Of a stretch of 64,000 nt of DNA, positions 60,738 through 64,000 are shown in pieces; positions within the stretch are counted from its first letter, which is position 1; the number at the start of each line of letters is the position of its first letter. Under the pieces are notes generated by a model. That model did no database searches, was not told the DNA's origin, and saw only the letters and a list, made by a program, of their open reading frames with translations. This stretch comes from the human T2T-CHM13v2.0 reference genome, Homo sapiens. The stretch is taken from assembly GCF_009914755.1 (NCBI RefSeq), contig NC_060931.1; one strand, written 5' to 3'. Position numbers and translations under genes: made by a program.

Positions 60738-62089
60738 CTCTCTTAGAGCAGAGATCGCTTGCCTTTCTCTTTGCGGCCTGTCACAATGGAAGGTTTAGGG
60801 CTTTATCAGGTGTGGAGTGCTAAAGCATAGCACTTGGTTTTGCCTGAAGGAAAAAGCTAATGAACAAGTATTTTTTGCCTTTCTCTCTCTCTCTCTCTCT
60901 TTCTTTCTACAAAGGTATTGGTGACTGAAAGCCTTTTCTTGCAGAAACTGAAGGGACAGAGGACTAGTAAAAACCAAACCAAAACAACAAACAGCAAAAC
61001 AAAACCCAGAGTAATAATAAATAGTTCCCTGCCAACATATTTACCTAAATGTCTGGGGTCACTCCAACACTCCTCTGTGTCCATCTGCTTATCGGCTACT
61101 TGCCTCATTCCCAAGGATACCTAACAAATATTTGCTGATGAGACTGGTATCAGGTTGTATTACGTCCCCACTTGCTTCAACACACAGCATGATAATGTCT
61201 CATCTTTATAAGTATTGTAAGTATTAAGTTATCTTTCTGACAATGCTTCCTTTCTCAAGCCCTCTTTTAAAAATGACATGAATTTAGCTCTTACAAGACT
61301 TTAAAAGAGAACAAGAGGACTAGCAGATTCCCTTCCTGCCCTTCTGACCCACACCCATCCTGGGGTCAGCGCCCTGGCCTGTCTTTATATAGTCACTAGA
61401 AAATAGGTGCCAGATTCTCTTCTTTTGACTTAAGCCCTGGCTCTGCATGTATTTATTTTCACCTGTTGGAGAATGCAGTTCCCCTAAAGTATTGAGCCAA
61501 ATATACAGATCCATTCTGAAATCATCATAAAAGGATTTATTTCCTTAAGAACATGTTAGCTTATCTAAACATCTGCTACTCAAAAGTGATTACTTGGGAA
61601 TTTCCAGGTCACACAGGAACACGCGAGTCTGTTGCTACTGGATTAATTTAGACAAAAACCAGCAACCAAACCTTTTGGGGTGGGACAGAGAGTGCTTTAA
61701 AAATTAGTCTGGAACTTTAAAAATGTGAATTTACATACTTTTAAATGCCATTTCTGATTTGCCTTTATTTTAATCAGTCTATATATTTGGTCTTTGTGCT
61801 GAAGTCTTAAGTAGCAAATATACAGAAGCCATGCAAGTCTCTGAAAAGGTTAATTCTTATGTAGCAACAGCAGTATTTTTAAGTGAGGGAGAGAAACATA
61901 GAATTTTAAAGAATGTTTTGGAGAGAAATGTTTGAGAACAGACTCCAGAATTTAGGAAATATTTATGATATAGGCAGTAGATTCAAAGAAAGCTATAATT
62001 TTGCTGAAAGTGATTTAGCAGAAGGGGAGGAACCAAACTTTCTAGAATGAGTTAGCAAACATTTGGTTTGGTGGAAAGAAAAGAAAATA

Positions 62090-62255
62090 TCAAGCATCTA
62101 CTATATGCCAAGCATTTGGCATTTATTATCCCATTTAATCCTCATCTATGATGACTCCTCTCAAACAGATGAGGAATCTACAACTCAGTGAGTGTGAGTA
62201 AGGTGCCCACGGTGATGGGCAGAGGCAGAATTTCAACTGGGTCTGTTTGCTCTGG
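62090..62255 (-). mobile_element. MIR
   Basis: catttaatcctca...acagatgagga...aaggtgcccacggt. Confidence 0.7.
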
Positions 62256-62792
62256 AATTCACCATGCCATGTCACCTTGGTTTTCAACGTTGAATGTAAA
62301 ACATGATTTAAAGCAACGGTAATGACATCCTGACAGGTGAGTGCTCTGGCTAGTGATGCTCAGTTCTAGCCTCAACAACAGAGGAGGTAGGTAGGCAAGT
62401 ATTACAGTGGGCACATTGCATTCTTCCTGGATGTCTCCCTCAGCCCTGTCTCCAGGATGGAGTCTGCAATGTTGTTTTCTGGATGGAGCAAGTTTGGAGA
62501 GAGTAGTGGAAGAAATAGGAGGCAGAGAGGAAGTCAAGGATATGTCTAGACCCAACACTCCACACACACTAATTTGGTATACTATTTGCTTTTGAAATCT
62601 GGAATAGAAGAAGAGATGCTTGTACAGATTGGGTAGACCAGGGATGTTGGAGGAGGAAGGATGAAGGGGCTGCTCTGCTTCTCATAACCAGAGATCCCCA
62701 GTAGGTTGTCCATAGGCTTGACCTGTGGGTTCTTTTGTTTGGCCCACACACTTTGTATTTGTTTGTTTAAATAATTCCCAAGTTTTAAAAAT

Positions 62793-64000
62793 CCATTCAA
62801 CAATTATCTATTGGGCATGTGCCAGGTACTGTTTCAGGAACTTGGAGTTCATTAAGGAACCAGACAAAGCTGCATTCATGGAACTTATATTCTAGCAGGG
62901 AGAGAAAAACAATAAATAAAAGACATACTAAATGATTAACATATAGTATCTGCGGAAGTGAGTGCTAAGAAAAAAAGTCAATTGGGGTAATAGGGGTTTA
63001 GAAGGAGGATGGGGTGGGCTATGGGATGCCTTGTTGAGGAGGAAGAATTTGAACAAACTCTTGCAGGAGGTGAGGGTGTCAGCTCTGTAAACATGAGCAG
63101 TGAGGATGTTCCAGGCTGAGGGAATGGCCAGTGCCCAGTCTCTAAGGTGGGAGCATGGGTGCTTGTTTGGGGAATAACAAGGAGACCCTGGGGCTGGAGT
63201 GGTGTAAGCAACTGAAAAGGTAGTAAAAAGTCAGGTGAGTTAATTGATGAGGGACTGGATGGTGTAGGGCCTTATGAGCTTTTCTAAGGGCCAACTTTTA
63301 CTGTCACTGAGATTGGGAACACTGCAAGGTATATAGCAGATGACCTGATTTAACTTATATTTAAATATAATTACTCTGGTTTCTTTGTTGAAAATAGGCT
63401 GTAGGGAAAGAGATAAGGATAGACTCAGGAAGACCAAACAGAAATCTTTTGAAGTACTGCAAAATGAAAAATGATGCTGGATAGGGAGGTACCAGTGAAG
63501 GTTATGAAAAATTGTGGGAGTGTGAGTGTTTCAAAAGGTAAACACAAAAAGGTCTATTACATTGGATGTGGAAAGAAGTGAAAAATGACTGCAGAGTTTC
63601 TGGAATTTCTGGCTTGAGAATGATACTGCCATCAGGGAGATGGGGAGAGCTGTGGGTAGAGAAACTTTTGCAGGAAAGATCAGGAGTTCAGTTTCACCAT
63701 GTTACATTAACAATGTCTGTTGGACATCTCAGTGGAGATGTCAAAGAGGATAGTGGATATGCAAGTCAGAGTTTAGGAAAGCTTCTTGGTTGAAGATATA
63801 AATTTGGGAGCCATTGGTAAGAAGAGGTGTTTAATGACATAAGCCTGAATAACAGTTCAAAAGAATGAGTGGGGATAACAGAGGACCAGACTTTAATGTT
63901 AAGAAATTTGGAAAATAAGAAATGTGTCAGAATATCCAGATTTCTTTCCTCTGTTGAAAATGGGATGATGTGGAAAATATGACCCCACATTTCTGCATGG
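62793..64000 (-). mobile_element. L2 (runs off the window)
   Basis: cattcaacaa...tgtgccaggtactg...aggagttcagttt...aagatataaatttgggagccat. Confidence 0.8.

Overview
AT-rich, CpG-poor primate (human-like) genomic DNA dominated by transposable elements. I see no intact host protein-coding exon, RNA gene or CRISPR array. Main contents: two near full-length L1PA2-like LINE-1s on the minus strand (13852-19870 and 41611-47621), each with its own TSD, an intact 338-aa ORF1, an open antisense ORF0 and a dead ORF2; a four-level nested L1 stack (about 27.9-38.3 kb); and Alus, MIR/L2, MaLR/ERVL LTRs and DNA-transposon fossils. Most notable observations: (1) the two independently inserted L1s share three identical ORF2 nonsense mutations and a frameshift yet differ at subfamily-type sites, which points to patchy gene conversion across 27.8 kb; (2) the second L1 lacks its YY1 site because of a ~20-nt 5' truncation at a microhomology; (3) a compact minus-strand exon chain with microexons and a poly(A) signal at 22.9-27.4 kb could be a decayed gene or spliced lncRNA; (4) a TSD-flanked 3'UTR-like retrocopy lies at 30.5-31.1 kb. 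Subfamily names come from recalled consensus sequences, not from a search.
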